Counted from the first letter of the stretch, positions 45,724-62,826 are shown. The stretch: 64,000 nucleotides of DNA from Flaccisagitta enflata (GCA_965153355.1 OZ231126.1:49042001-49106000), one strand, 5' to 3'. Notes: generated from the letters alone by a model not told the origin. Program-made: numbers and translations.

Positions 45724-47207
45724 GCGAGAGCGAGAGAGCATTACATTCTTGTGTGACATCCTTGCGGTTGAAAAGTGCCGAGAAATGATAGGAACAGGCA
45801 TGACGGACGAATGGACGGACAGACGGACTTACAAATGGACAGATGGACAGACGGATGGACGGATAGACGGACGGACGGACGGACGGACGGATGGATGGAC
45901 AGATGGACGGACGGACAGGCCTCCTCATAGAGATGCGTTCCTGATGGACGCATCCAAAAATGGTTCTCAGTTGGCTGAGGCAATGATGCAAAAATATACG
46001 AGCAGTTAGGCAGCGTGAAGGCTAACGTTTGCCCATCAACCCGGAGTGATGGACTCACAAAATCGACAAAATACAGAATAGAGATAATACAGAATCCCGC
46101 ATGGAATACGCGCTTACGCGCGTACACAAATGTACATGCACAAGCACAAGCAGTATTTCGCTAAAATGCACTTTTATGTGCGAAAAAAGATAGCAAATGA
46201 AAGTACTTTCGAAGGTTTTTTTTTATACCAAATGAAAGTACCATAAAAGGGCTTTTCTAGGTTTTTACTTTTAACCATTTTGAAGTGTGTCTTCTGAGTC
46301 GCGTAAGCGTGACTCTAAAACCCGCTATGTTGGCATAGGTTTGGTTAGCTTTTTTCATCGCTGCCCCTGCCCATCCGCACGGGTATCCGGCATTTCTAGT
46401 CGCAGACAGGCGACTCTACACCTTGCCTCGTCGATCGGTACGTCGGTAACAAATATTTCTGAATTTCGAGCGGTTTTTGCGTTACGGCCCCTGCCCAACC
46501 GTCCGCGACTGTCTTGCCGTGTATCCGGCCTTGTTTTGAAGTTATGAGCTACTTGAGATAAAGACGTATATACGATCCAAAGAAATCAGCGAATTACTCT
46601 GTAAAAGAAGACGCGCAAAAAGAAAAAAAAGGAAATTCACGACTTTTATTTGAAGTTATGAGCGACGCGACGTTAGCGAAAAACAAGAGGAAAGACGACG
46701 ACGAAGACGATGAAAGGCGTTGTTGACGAAAACGACGACGATGACGACGATGACGATGACGACGAAGACGACGATGACAGCGGTGGCAGCTACTATGGAA
46801 ATGAAGGCGATCATGGTGATGACAATGACAAAGACGATGATAGCGATAAGTACGACGATAGGAATAATCGCGACGACAACTAGGGGCCCCTAATACTCAA
46901 ATTGGGATCATCAATCAAGGTTTATAAAACAAAAGAGAGTAAAAGCATTTGCGAAGTTGAAAGATGTATTCATGTTTGTCTAAAAAAGCGTTGTAGCTTA
47001 TTAAAATCTTTTTGAATAAAGTGTTCTTTAATTCTTTTTACTACTCGAATCTTTTTTTGTAAATCTGAGTAAAAAATCTTATTTTAAATTCTTTTGACCA
47101 TTAACAATGCTTTGTAGGCCCCTCTGGGGCCCCCCATGAGTTTGTGGGGCCCCGTCAATCATTGACGAATGTTATACCATCTCAATGCCCCTGACCCTTT
47201 GCAAGTG

Positions 47208-48923
<1,716 letters not shown>

Positions 48924-49466
48924 GGAAAAGAAACTTTAACATCGTCCATGGAAATCACAACGCGACGCCTTTAAAGTAAGGTGGGAAAAATAAAGAAAAG
49001 TAAAGAAAATAAAGAAATGTAAACGAAGAAGGGGAAAAAAAGCAGGAAACGCGTTCGATTTATCGGAAACGCAACATCTTGAAGAAAATACAGCACCCTT
49101 AAAGTAAAAGGGTCCAGGGTCCAGGGTTTTGGTGCCAGACTGTTGGGGGTTGACATGACCGCCGCCCTGGCTCCTTTTGTTACATTATTTTCACCTTCAG
49201 TCTTCCACCTATTAAGTCTCCACCTCTGTCTACCGACAAAGATACGGAGATGCATATTTTCACCACCTATCGTTACTAACTTACTATCCAGCATAACTTA
49301 TCTCTTGTGTTAATTCTTCCAGATTTTATTTTTTACTTAACTTATGCCTTTCAGTCTCAAGGGTTTATCCCATGATGGTTGATTCCTTCAGTGGACGAAT
49401 TTAGACTAGTTATTTATCATCGTTGCGTTATTTAAATGACACACTGACAAATGACTGACTTGACTA

Positions 49467-50245
49467 CAGGGTGTACCGCGCCGACTGTGACAAAAGAAAA
49501 TGACACAACTATGCTTCTAGAAATGGTAAATAAAATTTGAAAACAGTTTCAGAAACCCCTTTGAAAACGATTTTTTGCTGTTTTGTTCATAGTCTCTGAG
49601 GAATGACTACTTTTTGTCAAGATCAAATAAGATACAGCAGCGTTTTTCCATATTTCAGAAGAAAATTAATGATTTTTAAGGGTTTTTGCACTACTAACCT
49701 ATATATCCTCTGAGAGAATTTAGAAAAAATAGTAAATTTGGACTTAAATTATTGCCGATTCAATATAGATTTTAGATGCACTCAATTTTTTTTTTCAGAT
49801 ATAAGCATTTGGACCAGTTTAGGCGATTCAAAAGACTCATCTTTTTTAAGCAACACTTTGAAAGTGGCAAAGAAAACACATATTGCATGAGCTGATATGC
49901 TTTGATTAGATGTGTTCCAACAATTTCGTTAATTTCATCAAATTAGCTTTGATATGAGTCTAATCCCACTGATTTAGCTGAATTTGTTTTGAAATGACAC
50001 TGAATTAAAAATGAAAGGTTCAACTGCATTAATGTTGCAAAAATTGCAAAAATACACTTTTTTAAAATAAATGTTTTTTTAATGCATCTTAAAGAGGGTC
50101 AAAAAAGATAGAAGGTCAAAACCAATCAAAGCAAGATAAAATCGTTTTTACAGAGCTTCAAAACACTCTTTTCAGATTCAATTTATCATATTCCAATGCA
50201 GAATTACATCGTTTTCTTTGGTCACTTTTGGCGGGGTACACCCTG
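49467..50245. mobile_element. Tc1/mariner-type non-autonomous element (CAGGGTG termini, TA TSD)
   Basis: TA-cagggtgtaccgcgcc ... ggcggggtacaccctg-TA. Confidence 0.72.
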
Positions 50246-50824
50246 TATTTATTCCCGCATTCTGTTGTTGCTTATTTAAAGGACTCACTGACAACTGACT
50301 GACCAAGCTAATTATTCCCGCGTTCTTTTCTAGTTTCAAGGGCCTGGACCTATGGTGGTTGATTCCTTAACTTAAGTGGACGAATTTAGAATAGTTGTTT
50401 ATTCTCGTTTCGTTGAATATTTAACTCACTACTAACTTACTGACTATACTATTTATTTCGGTGCCTGTTTTGATTTCTAGTCATTTTGTTTGTTGCCACC
50501 AGCAGAATTTAGAATAGGTATTTATTCTCGTTTTGATGACCATTTAAATGACTCACTTCTACCTGACTGACAATACTATTCATTTCCGCGCCTGTTTTAA
50601 TTTCTATTCATAATGAGTGTTGCCTCCAGCTTGCGTCTTACATGGTTATGACTTTAGTACCAACATACTGACTCAGGGCTTTTATTTATCACTGATTCAT
50701 TGCTTTATCGACCGGGATTTGATCGGAATAGAAATTTTGGTGCCTAAATGAGTCTCCAACACAAGAGAGAAGTACTACATTCTATCTTGGTCGGTAATAA
50801 ATGAACAAGCAAACACACACACAC

Positions 50825-50862
<38 letters not shown>

Positions 50863-51072
50863 CCCCACACACACACACACACACTTTATTTGTAGCATGG
50901 ATTTTTCTTTCCCGTGAACCCTTTTTACCCAGATAGCCGTCGACCTCACTGAGACTCTTTTGCGGAAGGTTCCACACATTCCAATGGGAGCTAAGCAGTC
51001 AGGAAATATGCAACGGAATAATTCATTTTAATTATAGAGGAACTAGTCCAAAAGGTCCAAGAGGAAGGGCGA

Positions 51073-51574
<502 letters not shown>

Positions 51575-51955
51575 ATGATGGCCGAAATCATAAACCATTT
51601 GATGACCCATCATCCGTCCCTAATGGTGCTTACCATAACCGGAAAAGGGCCTGTACCAAGGCGGGGACAAGTGGAGATATGGACACTAAACCCGCAACTA
51701 AAAGTGTCTCAATCAAGGCCGGAACTAAGTGAAGATATGGTCACTAAACTGAACGATGTTCCCATCCATGGCAACTGAACTAGTCATCAGTGACGCGTAA
51801 GGAAGCTTAGTCACATAACATCTGTTCAATGTCAAACGTCATAATGCATGAATGACCAATAGTAGGTTTCCCTCTAATAGCGCTGGAGTACCCTTTATTG
51901 GATATTCATACTCTTTGACTATTACTATGGAACAGAGTAGCGTTTATTGCTTATA

Positions 51956-52145
51956 ACAAGGCCGAATACACGGCTACGGAAGTCGCGTGCGGGTGGGCAG
52001 GAACAGTTATAAAAAAGGCTATTTAAGTGATTGGGCAGGAGCAGCAACGCAAAAACCGCTAGTAAACGCCAAAAAAAAGCTAACGGCTACCGACGGACCG
52101 ACCGACCGACATAGCGGGTCATAGTGTCGCGTAGCACGCGACTAA
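51956..52145 (-). mobile_element. Short Helentron-like family A copy
   Basis: Same termini in reverse orientation; related copies at 23010-23200, 46396-46535 and 63141-63297. Confidence 0.65.
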
Positions 52146-54874
52146 AAACGCTAATTCAATGAAATCTTTTATCGCACTTCTCTCATATTGTTGTCGAATA
52201 CGCGAGATCGCCTTTTCATGAACTTGATCTGATTTTAGACCCAATGAAATTGGTGGCGTCCTTTGCTTCTCCAAGGCGTCCATACGCTTTTTGATACCGT
52301 TTCTAAGGCAATGTGTCAATAAAATGCATTTGGTCTCTTTGACCTTTTGCCCTTTCACCTTCAAGGTCATTCCATCTCAGCCATTCCCATCGCATCGGCG
52401 AAATGTTTAACCCTATTTTGGGTTTGTTTCCGCTGACGAGAATGGTCGTGATTATTCTCGTTAATTCGTTTGTCTCTATCTTTGTCTCATTTCTCTTTAA
52501 TTCTTTTGTTTCTATCTTTATCTCTTCAAAGCGTGTTTCCGCTGACGACAGCGATCGTGATTATTCTCGTTAATCGCATTCGCAGCGTGAAAACAGAATA
52601 TATATTTCTAACTTAAAACTATACTTTGATGGAATAAGCGGAGTGAGTGAGCGAACCCATGATAGGAATAAGCAGGCAGACCCAGCACAACAAAATAAAG
52701 CTCTTGGGAGCAAAGTGGGCAGTGTGAGCGAACGAACATGACGAGGGAATGATTATGCAGTTGTCGGCGTGTAGAGCAAGGCCAAATGATTTGTCCTATT
52801 TCTTTGCCTGGCAAACAACCATGACGAACGCATTTTGTCATTTTGTCAATCTGGTAGATGAAGGAAGTGCGACTGGGAGGTGGAACGGGTCAACTCTGTA
52901 CACGGAGTTACTGGGTCCCCTAAGCTTTTGGGCCCTAGTGGGAGCCCTGATACTCTCTGATGAGGTTGCATTAGAATTGTGCTTTTTAGATAAAGGGGTC
53001 CCCAAAGGAGCTTTAAACGGGAACTTCAAGTAGCCCAATATGATTCCCCTTTATAGCGCGGAAGTATTCTTTTAAATCTTTAATTATGCATACACATTTA
53101 AGGAAAACAAGGGATACTAACATGATGTATCACTCTTGTTTGATACTTCCCTTTTAAGTCTCAGAAGGCCAGCTCTATGGTCCATCGGTAAACCAGTCAG
53201 TCTGTCAGTCAGTTTATCGGTCCATCAATCCGTTGGTCATGAACACCTTTTTTTGGTGCGTAATGCCCCTGTTCAGTGTCCAACCATCCGGGACTACCAG
53301 TAATGGCGACTGTCGCCGTGAGGAAAAAAGTTGTAAGCATTGGTCATTTTTCACCAAGCGCAATTATAAATTGATTACTCTGAAAATCAATACAATTAAG
53401 CCAAATGAGCTAGATGAGCTAAAATACTCAAAATCACTCAACCAGATAACCATCTATGCTCACTGATATGCTTTTTTGTATTTGCATGCTCAATCAAAAC
53501 ATTCATTTATCCATCCTAAGACTAAGCTTAAGGAGCTAGAATACTGTACCATTTTTCACCAAGAGCAATTGCATGTATTGATTGCTCTGAAAATCAATAG
53601 AAGTAAGCCAAATGAGCTAGATGAGCTGAACTACTCAAAATCACTAAACCAGATAACCAGCTATGCTCACTGACATGCTTTTTTGTATTTGCATGCTCAA
53701 TAAGAACATTTGTTTATTCACCCTATTTAAAATAAGAAAAAAATACTGAGCTAATGAGCTAGAACACTATAAAACATCATCACAGATTAGCATCTCTGCT
53801 CGCTGACATGCTTTCTTATATCTGCTTGCTTAAACATTTATCAAATATTTGTTGATTTATAGCATTTAAGAAAAAAAAGATTGAGCTTAATGAGCTAAAT
53901 GAGCTAAAATGCTCAAAAACACCCTTACAGATGAGCAGCTATCCACATAAACATGCCCAAACAAACAAAAATACACTCCTTTATTGATCCTACTCAAAAT
54001 CATAAAAAATTGAAAAAAATCCCATTTGAATTTTTCGTAAATGAATCTTTAAAAACTCATAACGCAAAAAATGTTTGTCGTAGAGTATTCTGCTTGGCGC
54101 CAAATGAAAGAGAATTATCAAATTCACTTACTCTATCAATTCTGTTCAAGGGTGCAATTAGCTAGATGAGTTCCCCAACTTTCGCATAAGAAAATAAAAA
54201 AACATATTTCTCTCGATAATGTCAAAAAGTAGAAGACTGACTTCAACATATTTCCCGATTAGAGTGTTCCTAGTCATTCTTTTTTCCCAACCCTAAATTT
54301 CCTCTTTCCACCCTCTTCCCATCTGTTCTGACATTTTTCTTCTGTGACGTTCCATTAGGATTGGATTGAAATTGTCAAAAACATTACGGAACAAAATTGC
54401 CATGGAAAACTTCTCAAACACACCCTTCCATTTTCTCCTACGCTATTCTTCTCTTTTTTTCTTTCTTCTCTCTATGTTCCCCCATGTCTTGTTTCCTTTT
54501 GTTTTCCTTCTAAGATGAGATGCTCGAGGTTGCTCGGGGTTGCTCGGGGTTGATCGGGGTTGCTCGGGGTTGCTCAGGGTTGCATTGTTCACTTTTAATT
54601 GTAATGATGTATACAGAAGCAATGATATTACAGTGAGAGGGGTAGTCGAAATCACTAGCACCCCTACCTGTAGCTCAGATGATCAATACCACAAGGGTAT
54701 CAAAGGTGGTTGCCGATAGCTTATCTCAATACAATTCCCGCCATCGAGGCGATTTTGTAATCTCAACCTAGTTTTCGAGATACAGCTCTTTTTAGGGCGA
54801 AAATCAGCCATTTTAAGAAGTGTTGGATTTAGCCCTTTTATGACCATTTTCTATAGAATGAGAAGGAAATTTAA

Positions 54875-57367
54875 ACAAGGCCAACACCTATAAGTCGCGT
54901 GCGAGACTTACATAATTGCCTAATTATATAAGTACGTTATTTCCTGTAATGACGATAATGACTATGATTACCTATTGACCTACAATTGCCTATAATGGCC
55001 TATAATGACCTATGATTACCTATAATTACCTATAATTACCCATAATCAAATAATGACCTATAAGTACCTATAAAGACCCATGATTACCTATAATGACGCA
55101 TGATTACCCATGATTACCCATAATTACTATAATAACATAATGACCAATAATTACCTATAATCACATACCTACAATTACTCTAATAACATAATGACCTATA
55201 ATTACCTATAATGACCTATGATTACCTACAATTACCTTTAATGACCTATAATTACCCATAATTTACAATGACCTATAAGTACCTAAAAAAAGACCTATGA
55301 TTACCTATAATTACATATGGACCAATGATTACCTATAATGACCTATGATTTCCCATAATTACCGATAACTACCTTTAATACCATAATGACCTATAATGAC
55401 CTATGATTACCTATAATTACCTATAGTTGCATTATGACCCATAATTACCTATAATTACCTATGATTAGCTATAATCACCTATAATTGAATAATTACCTAT
55501 TATTGCCTATAATTGTCTATTGACGTATAATTACCTATGATTATCTAAAATGACCTATAATTACCTATAAATACATGATGACCTATAATTACCTATTACC
55601 CTGTGTTCAAAAGCAAGTGATACCAGCAAAACCTTTATTGCGCCTAAAGTATTTATTTTGAGAAATTCAGATTGGTTTCATCTGAAAGCATATAACCTAC
55701 CATTTATTCATGCAAAATTTCAAAGCACCGGGTCTAGCAGTTAAGCTTCCACAATATTCTGAAAATTTATAAAATTTCCAGGAATTTTGCTCAAAAACTG
55801 CATTGTTAAACTGTTTTCCATCAATGAATCCTTGTAATTTTTGCATGTATTGAGCTAAAATCACCAGATTGGTAGTGAATGGTTAGTATTTTACCCTTCT
55901 TTTTCATATGATTTGATTTGTCATTACTTTTGAGAAAACTAGAAACCTCATGACTAGCAATGTGACGCAAAACCTATTCAAACGTAAAAAAATCATAGAA
56001 AACTTAAGATTCTGCACCTGAATTTCCGCGATTTGGTATTCATGGCTTGAAATATGTAAACTGAAACTAATATCCTGCTTTCTGGACCAATCTGGCTATT
56101 TTTGCATCATTCATCTAAGAATGCCATTGATTCTAAGCTATATAAGTCAGTCCTTCGTTATCTTGGGAATCTTCTAATGGTTTATCTACATTTTCATTCA
56201 AACCTATGTGGAAGCTCAACCGCTAGAGCCACCGCTATGAAATTTTGTACAAATAAATGGTAGGTTATGTGCTTTCAGGTAGAACAAATCCGAAATTCTC
56301 CAAATGAACACTTTAGGCGCAATAAAGGTTTTGCTTGTATCAGTTGCTTTTGAACACAGGGTATCATCTATCATTACCTTTAATTACCTATGATTATCTA
56401 TAATTACATAATGACCTTTAATTACCAATGATGACCTAAAATTGCATAATGACCTGAAATGACATGTAATTACCTATTATGACCTATAATTACCTATAAT
56501 TACATAATGACCTTTAATTACCTGTAATTACCTATAATTACCTATAATTACCTATGATTACCTATTATGACCTACAATGACCTAAAATTACCTGTAATTA
56601 CCTATAATTACCTATGATTACATACTGACCTAAAATTACCAATAATGACCTATAATTGCATAATAACCTATAATTACCTATAATGACCTGTAATTACCTA
56701 TAATTACATAATGACCTATAATTACCTACAATGACTTATGATTACCTATAATGACCTATGATTACCTATAATTGCAAAATGACCTATGATTACCCAAAAT
56801 TGCATAATGGCCTATAATTACCTATAATTATGTAAATAAAAAGTGAAATGACTATATTGACTAAAATGACTAAGATGACTGAGAATGACTTAGAATGACT
56901 AAAAATGACTTAAAATGACTTAAAATGATGTACAATGACTTATAATGACTTAAATTGACATAAAATGACTTAAAATGACTTAAAATGATGAAAAGGATTA
57001 TGTTGACTAAAATGGAAATAATGACTTAAAATGACTTGGAATGACTTAAAATGCCTTAAAATCACTTGAAATGACTTAAAATCACTTGAAATGACTTAAA
57101 ATAACTTAAAATGACTTATAATGACTTAAATTGATGAAAAGGACAATATTGATTAAAATGACAATAATGACTTAAAATGACTTAAAATGACTTAAAATGA
57201 CTTAGAATGACTTAGAATGACTTAGAATGACTTAGAATGACTAAAAATGACCTAAAGAAATAAAATTGATAAAAAAAAGTAAAGTGTGACCGACCGACCA
57301 ACCGACCAACCGACCAACCGACCGACCGACGGACAAAGCGGGTTGTAGAGTCGCGTGCACGCGACTA
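54875..57367 (-). mobile_element. Helentron-like family A copy with (attacctata)n and (aatgacttaa)n satellites
   Basis: acaaggccaacacctataagtcgcgtgc ... gaccgacc..gtagagtcgcgtgcacgcgacta. Confidence 0.65.
55599..56361. mobile_element. MITE with long TIRs (TA TSD) inserted in the satellite of a family A element
   Basis: TA-ccctgtgttcaaaagcaagtgataccagcaaaacctttattgcgcctaaagt ... inverse copy-TA. Confidence 0.75.
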
Positions 57368-57649
57368 AAAATGCCTCAATGGCGGGAATTGTTTTGGGAT
57401 AAGCTTCCAGCTGCCACCTTAATTGTCTTTATGACATTACCCATCTTAGCTGTGGGTAGGGGTGCTAGCGATTTTGCTGCCCCTCTCATTGTATTATCAT
57501 TGAACCAGTAATTTCGTCAACATGAAAATGCGACAATCCAAACAGCATTCAGAAATCAGAATTCTACAGTTCTACTACATGATTACATGTAATGTTTTAT
57601 TATCATGTAAAATCAGATCCGTGTGAAATCATCTCTTTATTTTTTCATA

Positions 57650-57925
57650 CATCGCTTCCCTATATCCTCTCTCTTAATTTCCCTCTATCTTTTGTCTGTC
57701 TTCCATTTTGTCTACCATCTCTCTTCCCTATATCCTCTCTCTTAATTTCCCTCTATCTTTTGTCTGTCTTTCATTTTGTCTACCATCTCTCTTCCATATA
57801 TCCTCTCTCTTGTTTTCCCCCTGTCTTTCGTCTGTCTTCCATTTTGTCTACCACCTCTCTTCCCTATATCCTCTCTCTTGTTTCCCATTATCTTTTGTCT
57901 GTCTTCACCCTTGTTTCCCATCTAT
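57650..57925. repeat. ~68-bp pyrimidine-rich tandem repeat x4
   Basis: ctcttccctatatcctctctcttaatttccctctatcttttgtctgtcttccattttgtctaccat repeated. Confidence 0.75.
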
Positions 57926-58207
57926 CTTACTTTGGTCCCAAGGTAAATGTCGCCATTAGACTAGACATTAGTCAAACGCTGGTAAAAAAAAAGAAAAAGG
58001 AAATACACAATGGTCGCTAAAGTGTGAGATGGTCACCGTTGCTCCTTAGTCAATGTGTGGCAGAAGGTGGTACTGAGAAGGGCACCCGCTTTGAAGGAGT
58101 CAATGATCTATGCCAAATTGGGATTTCTGATTTGAGGGTCTCATCTTTGAGCCTAGAGGCTTGGATTTGGGCTTCATGGCTGGGATTTTAGCCTTGAGGC
58201 GAGGATA

Positions 58208-58833
58208 CAGTGCGGCTCATAAAAAAGTTTCCAGCAGTTTAGAAGCTAGTTATTTCAATTGTAGTCACTTTAAACAATTAAAATCCATGAGATTTTTAGA
58301 TTTATTCAAAAACTCTACAAATCTAGTCCAACCCCATTTATGTGACTCAAATTGTTAAAGAACTATAAAGGTACAAAGATGATAAGCAAATTACTTCTGC
58401 TTGGAAGCGAAGAGCCTTTGACAGAACACAAGGTTGATCTTGTTTTTTTTAAATATATAGAAAATAATCTATGTTTCATATGTCATATCCATGACCATTT
58501 TAAAGAGCTTCAAAAACTCTACAAATCTAGACCAAGCAGAAGTTTGTGGCTTGATTCATTTTGAAATAACATAAGTTTAAAGTTAACTAGTCATGTTTTC
58601 TATAAGGCAAAATATCACAATTTTTTTGCTTCTTTTTCCCTAAGGCAATTTTTATATGTACTCCTTCAAATCAATGTCACGCCTAAACGGAAAAAGCTAG
58701 AAATCTGGGATTGGACTCAAATTGAAGAGAATAAAAAATCCTACAATAATCTCACTGATAAATTGCTTTTATCATTTATAAAACCTGCAAAATGTTAATG
58801 AAAAAACTGGAAACTTTTTTATGAGCCTCACTG
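58208..58833. mobile_element. Tc1/mariner-type non-autonomous element nested in a family B copy
   Basis: TA-cagtgcggctcataaaaaagtttccag ... ctggaaacttttttatgagcctcactg-TA. Confidence 0.7.
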
Positions 58834-58984
58834 TATGAGCTTTGAGTCCCTGTGAAAGACTAGGTCATCGGTCCTTCAAGGCCGCCGCCAAAAAAGATTT
58901 ATATGGGCTTAAGAATGAACAAATTTGCGCGTTCCTGATTGAGTAACCGCGTTTATTTTTTTGTATGTTTGACTTTGGGTCTAT

Positions 58985-59022
<38 letters not shown>

Positions 59023-59877
59023 CTGGAATAAAAAAAAAGATTTATGCGATGTTCCCTCGGATTTGTTTGGCAAAAGTAATACAAAAGACCATTAGCTGCA
59101 CACCATTTTACCCTTGCCCATTTGTTTCGGCTTATCCCTATTTCTTACCGACAGATGGCGATGATTGCGACTGTCGCTCAACCACTCGAACACATTTTCG
59201 AATCTTTCTAAGGGCGTGTCCGCATTCGTTCTGAAAATCATGAAAAAAACATGATAATCATGTTTTTCCAATGCTTTTCAGGATGAATGCGGACACGCCC
59301 TGAGTTGATTGGAAAGGAAAGAAAATAAATGATTCTGTCGTTTTTTACTTGTGTTTATGCTCAAACGCAACGTAAAAAAAAGTTACACTCTGCTATAACG
59401 GATCCAAGAGTAACGGAAACCCGCCTATGATAGATGTAAAACCAGAGTCCCTTTTGGTAATTTCTCATTTTTTCTTATATTGGCAATTTTAGAAATCTGC
59501 TCATAACAGTTCAATATTGATGTTCTCTTGGCATCCGCTATTGCGAGGTTCAGCTGTATGCTAAATTATCAATTTTGCAATATAGTTGTTGCTCCATAGA
59601 TTCATGAATTTTGTGTAATGGTCATTTTCATTAGGGCAATGAAACAAAAAATGCAAATTCTGTTTCTGTCATTCATTTCTATGGAAACTTTGCAGTCACC
59701 CTAACGATGGTTCCCGATTGAATTGAGACGTGCTATAGCTCAATCTAAAGCACTTTTGCAAATGAAAAACATTTTTGGAAGTTCAATACTGGCTTTTCTA
59801 GGCACTCTAACCAAGGGCAGGCAAGGGCACTCATACAGGTGGGCGGGGTCTGTGTTGTGGATGGGCAGGTGCTTTTA

Positions 59878-60683
59878 CACCGTCTTCGGATCAGACTGTG
59901 AAATGCAAAACCTTTATAGCTCCTGAACCACTTGGAAAAAAGTCATGAAATTTTCAGTGAATATTGGAAACATGTGACGGTTTTTGCATGTCAAAGCTCA
60001 GATCATAATATAGAAAAGGTGAGGGGAAAACAAAATATTGAAAGAAAACCCATTTTTAATCAGGACACCTTGATCTAGGGGCTGAGAAAGACCCAAGATG
60101 AATCTAGCGTGTTTCAATAGCTTAATTTACATGAAAAGCATACTTCTAGTTAACCCAGTGAGATGAAATTTTAACTGAAGCTCTGCAAAACCATCAGCTT
60201 TCTTCATGTAAAATTTCATCCCACTGGGGCAACTAGAAGTATGCTTTTCATGTAATTTAAGCTATTGAGATTTATCTTGGGTTTTTCTCAGCCCCCAGAT
60301 CAAGGTGCAGGATCAATTTTTCCCCATTTCCTTAGAAAAGAGTTGTCTTTATCTGCTTTAAAATTGCTTTGCATTTCAACAAAAACTCTAGGATTTATTT
60401 TCAATGACAGATATTAACTTATGTATTATCTATTTGCTGCATGTTCTGAGAGAAAAACAGCACCTTCCAAAAAAAAAAACAGGTAAAAAAAGCCATTTTG
60501 CTTAAAGAATTGATGTTCATTCAATATTTGTTTTCTCCTCACCTTTTCTACATTATGATCTGATCTTTGACATGCCAAAACCGTCATATATTACCAATAT
60601 TCACTGAAAATTTCATGATTTTTTTCCTAGTGGTTTAGGAACTATAAAGGTTTTGCATTTCACAGTCCGATCCAAAGACGGTG
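59878..60683. mobile_element. MITE with ~150-bp TIRs and an internal palindrome (TA TSD)
   Basis: TA-caccgtcttcggatcagactgtgaaatgcaaaacctttatag ... ctataaaggttttgcatttcacagtccgatccaaagacggtg-TA; internal inverted repeat ~60067-60307. Confidence 0.75.
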
Positions 60684-62120
60684 TATGCTCAGAAATCCCT
60701 CAGTTGGCTGAATTTGCATTATCCAAAATTAGACCATACCGACTCTTCGATGGACAGACGGACAAACGGATGTACAGACACAACCTCGTAAAAAGCTGCT
60801 AAGCAAGCGGCAAAAATAAAGAAAGGAGAAAGAGGGGAAAAAAGTGCATTTTAGGGGACTAAGCAATAGGGTGGTCACGAAATAGGGTCAAATTTCAAAA
60901 AATGATACACTCTAGTTTTTTGCATCAATGTATCAAATACATCAGGGATTTATTGGGTCGGAAATTTCAAAAATATTTTTTTAGGTTTATATTATTTAAA
61001 AGTATACTCTAAGCATAATCAAGGCAGATAAAAAAATTCAAAGCAGCCAAATAGAAAGCCAGTGAAGAAAATTAATCTAGAGCCCTGAAAAACTTAGTCT
61101 CTATAATCTTTTTTTCACATAGCTTAACTTGTATGACCATTTGCCATTATAACTAGCAAATTGACCTTGATTAAAGGGAAATTGATTCGATGAGCGCAAT
61201 TTGTTGAAAAAAACGCTTCAGTCAAAGTTTCTTTCTGACCACCTTAGTTCTTGAGAGAAATACCTTCGTAAGATCTTCTGTGACGTCGTAGTTGTTTCTT
61301 AAATTGATCGCTGTAAACTTGAAGCGCGGCTTTTATGTTTTTCAATTATCATTTCACTTATTCTTGAAAGAAAGAAGAATTCTACAGGTTTTGGCGCTTT
61401 ATTTTGACTACACTCTAAGCTAATTTAGAAACGGACACTTGTAAGCAACATAAAGAAGGTTTTCCCACAAGTAGAGGTCTGAATTTGAAGATTAAACCAT
61501 GACGGCAAAACTATAGGCTTCCTATGGCAATAATGAAATCCTCATAGCAAGCCTGTGGTTTTGCCTACAAGGATTTTTGTTTGATTTCACACCCCAGCTT
61601 GTGAGAAATCCTTCTTTTATTGGACATTTGTGCAAAGGGCTCAAGTATATCAATATATGAAATTAGACCCAATTCCGGACCACCCTACTAAGCAAAGTAA
61701 TGCCTAAAAGTGGAGCTGCCTTATTGCCATTATAGAAATGACTACCAAATCATTCATGGGACGGTAGGTTGCATGCCCTATAGGCGGACATGCCTTATTC
61801 GCTGGCGCGCTCAAGCGGTGCTCCACTGGAGTTTCAAAAGTGTCACATGGTCAACGGACCAGTTGCTCCAAAGCCAGTGTATGCTAGGATGTGGTAGTGA
61901 GAGGGGCAGTGACCACTAGGTAGCCGAATACTTATGCTTGGATTTGAGCATGGAGACTAGCATTTGCCGGGGTTTAACTGGGTTTTGAGCAAGGAGGTTG
62001 GGATTTGGATCTCAGGGCTGGAATTGGCTGCCCATAAAGGATTAATTATGACTTAGCAATGGAGACAACACATTTGCGGGTACGTGATTAAGCGAGCGTG
62101 TTTGTTTGAATTTGTGTCCA

Positions 62121-62189
<69 letters not shown>

Positions 62190-62490
62190 CAGAGGCAGAC
62201 AGTGACAGAGAGACAGAGACAGAGAGAGAGATGGAAAAGGACGCGGCGAAAGGAAGGGATTTACGAGATGTTCCCATGCATTTGTTTCGTCTTACCCCTA
62301 TTTCCCTATTTCTTTCTGACAGAAATTACCGATGATTGCGCGATGAATTGCGTGTCTGAAACAGGCAGCTTAGAAACCACGATTTCCCTTTTTTGTCTGA
62401 AAGGATGAGTTCAACAATTGACAAGAAAAAAAGGCGAAATGAAATTTCAGATAGTTTTGTCTGTTTACATGTGTATACGTATATATTTAG

Positions 62491-62826
62491 TGGGATGACC
62501 GAAAATATGGTATAACTCGAACCCCGTCTTCCACGCGGGGGAAATATGACCATTTTCATTATAGATCATGATTGAAAATCTGGTGATGATCTGATAAAGT
62601 TTACTCATGACCGCCACCCCCTTGTACCCATAAAAAATATATGGGAAAGAATTTGGCCATTTAGGTTCTTTATTTTTTATAATGGGAAAGTGGGTGGGGT
62701 GGTGGTCACGAGTAAACTTTATCTGATCCTCACCAGATTCTAGAGACATTATCTATGATGGAAATGGTCACATCTCTGCCGCGAGGGAGACGAAATTCGA
62801 GGTTTACCATATTTTCAGTCACCCTC
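62491..62826. mobile_element. hAT-type MITE, same family as 16490-16828
   Basis: Homologous throughout; exact 8-bp TSD atatttag on both sides. Confidence 0.75.

Larger units (their letters stand above)
54631..57491. mobile_element. MITE with ~125-bp degenerate TIRs (TA TSD), split by a family A insertion
   Basis: TA-cagtgagaggggtagtcgaaatcactagcacccctacc..caattcccgccatcgaggc is the inverse of gcctcaatggcgggaattg..ggtaggggtgctagcgattttgctgcccctctcattg-TA. Confidence 0.7.
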
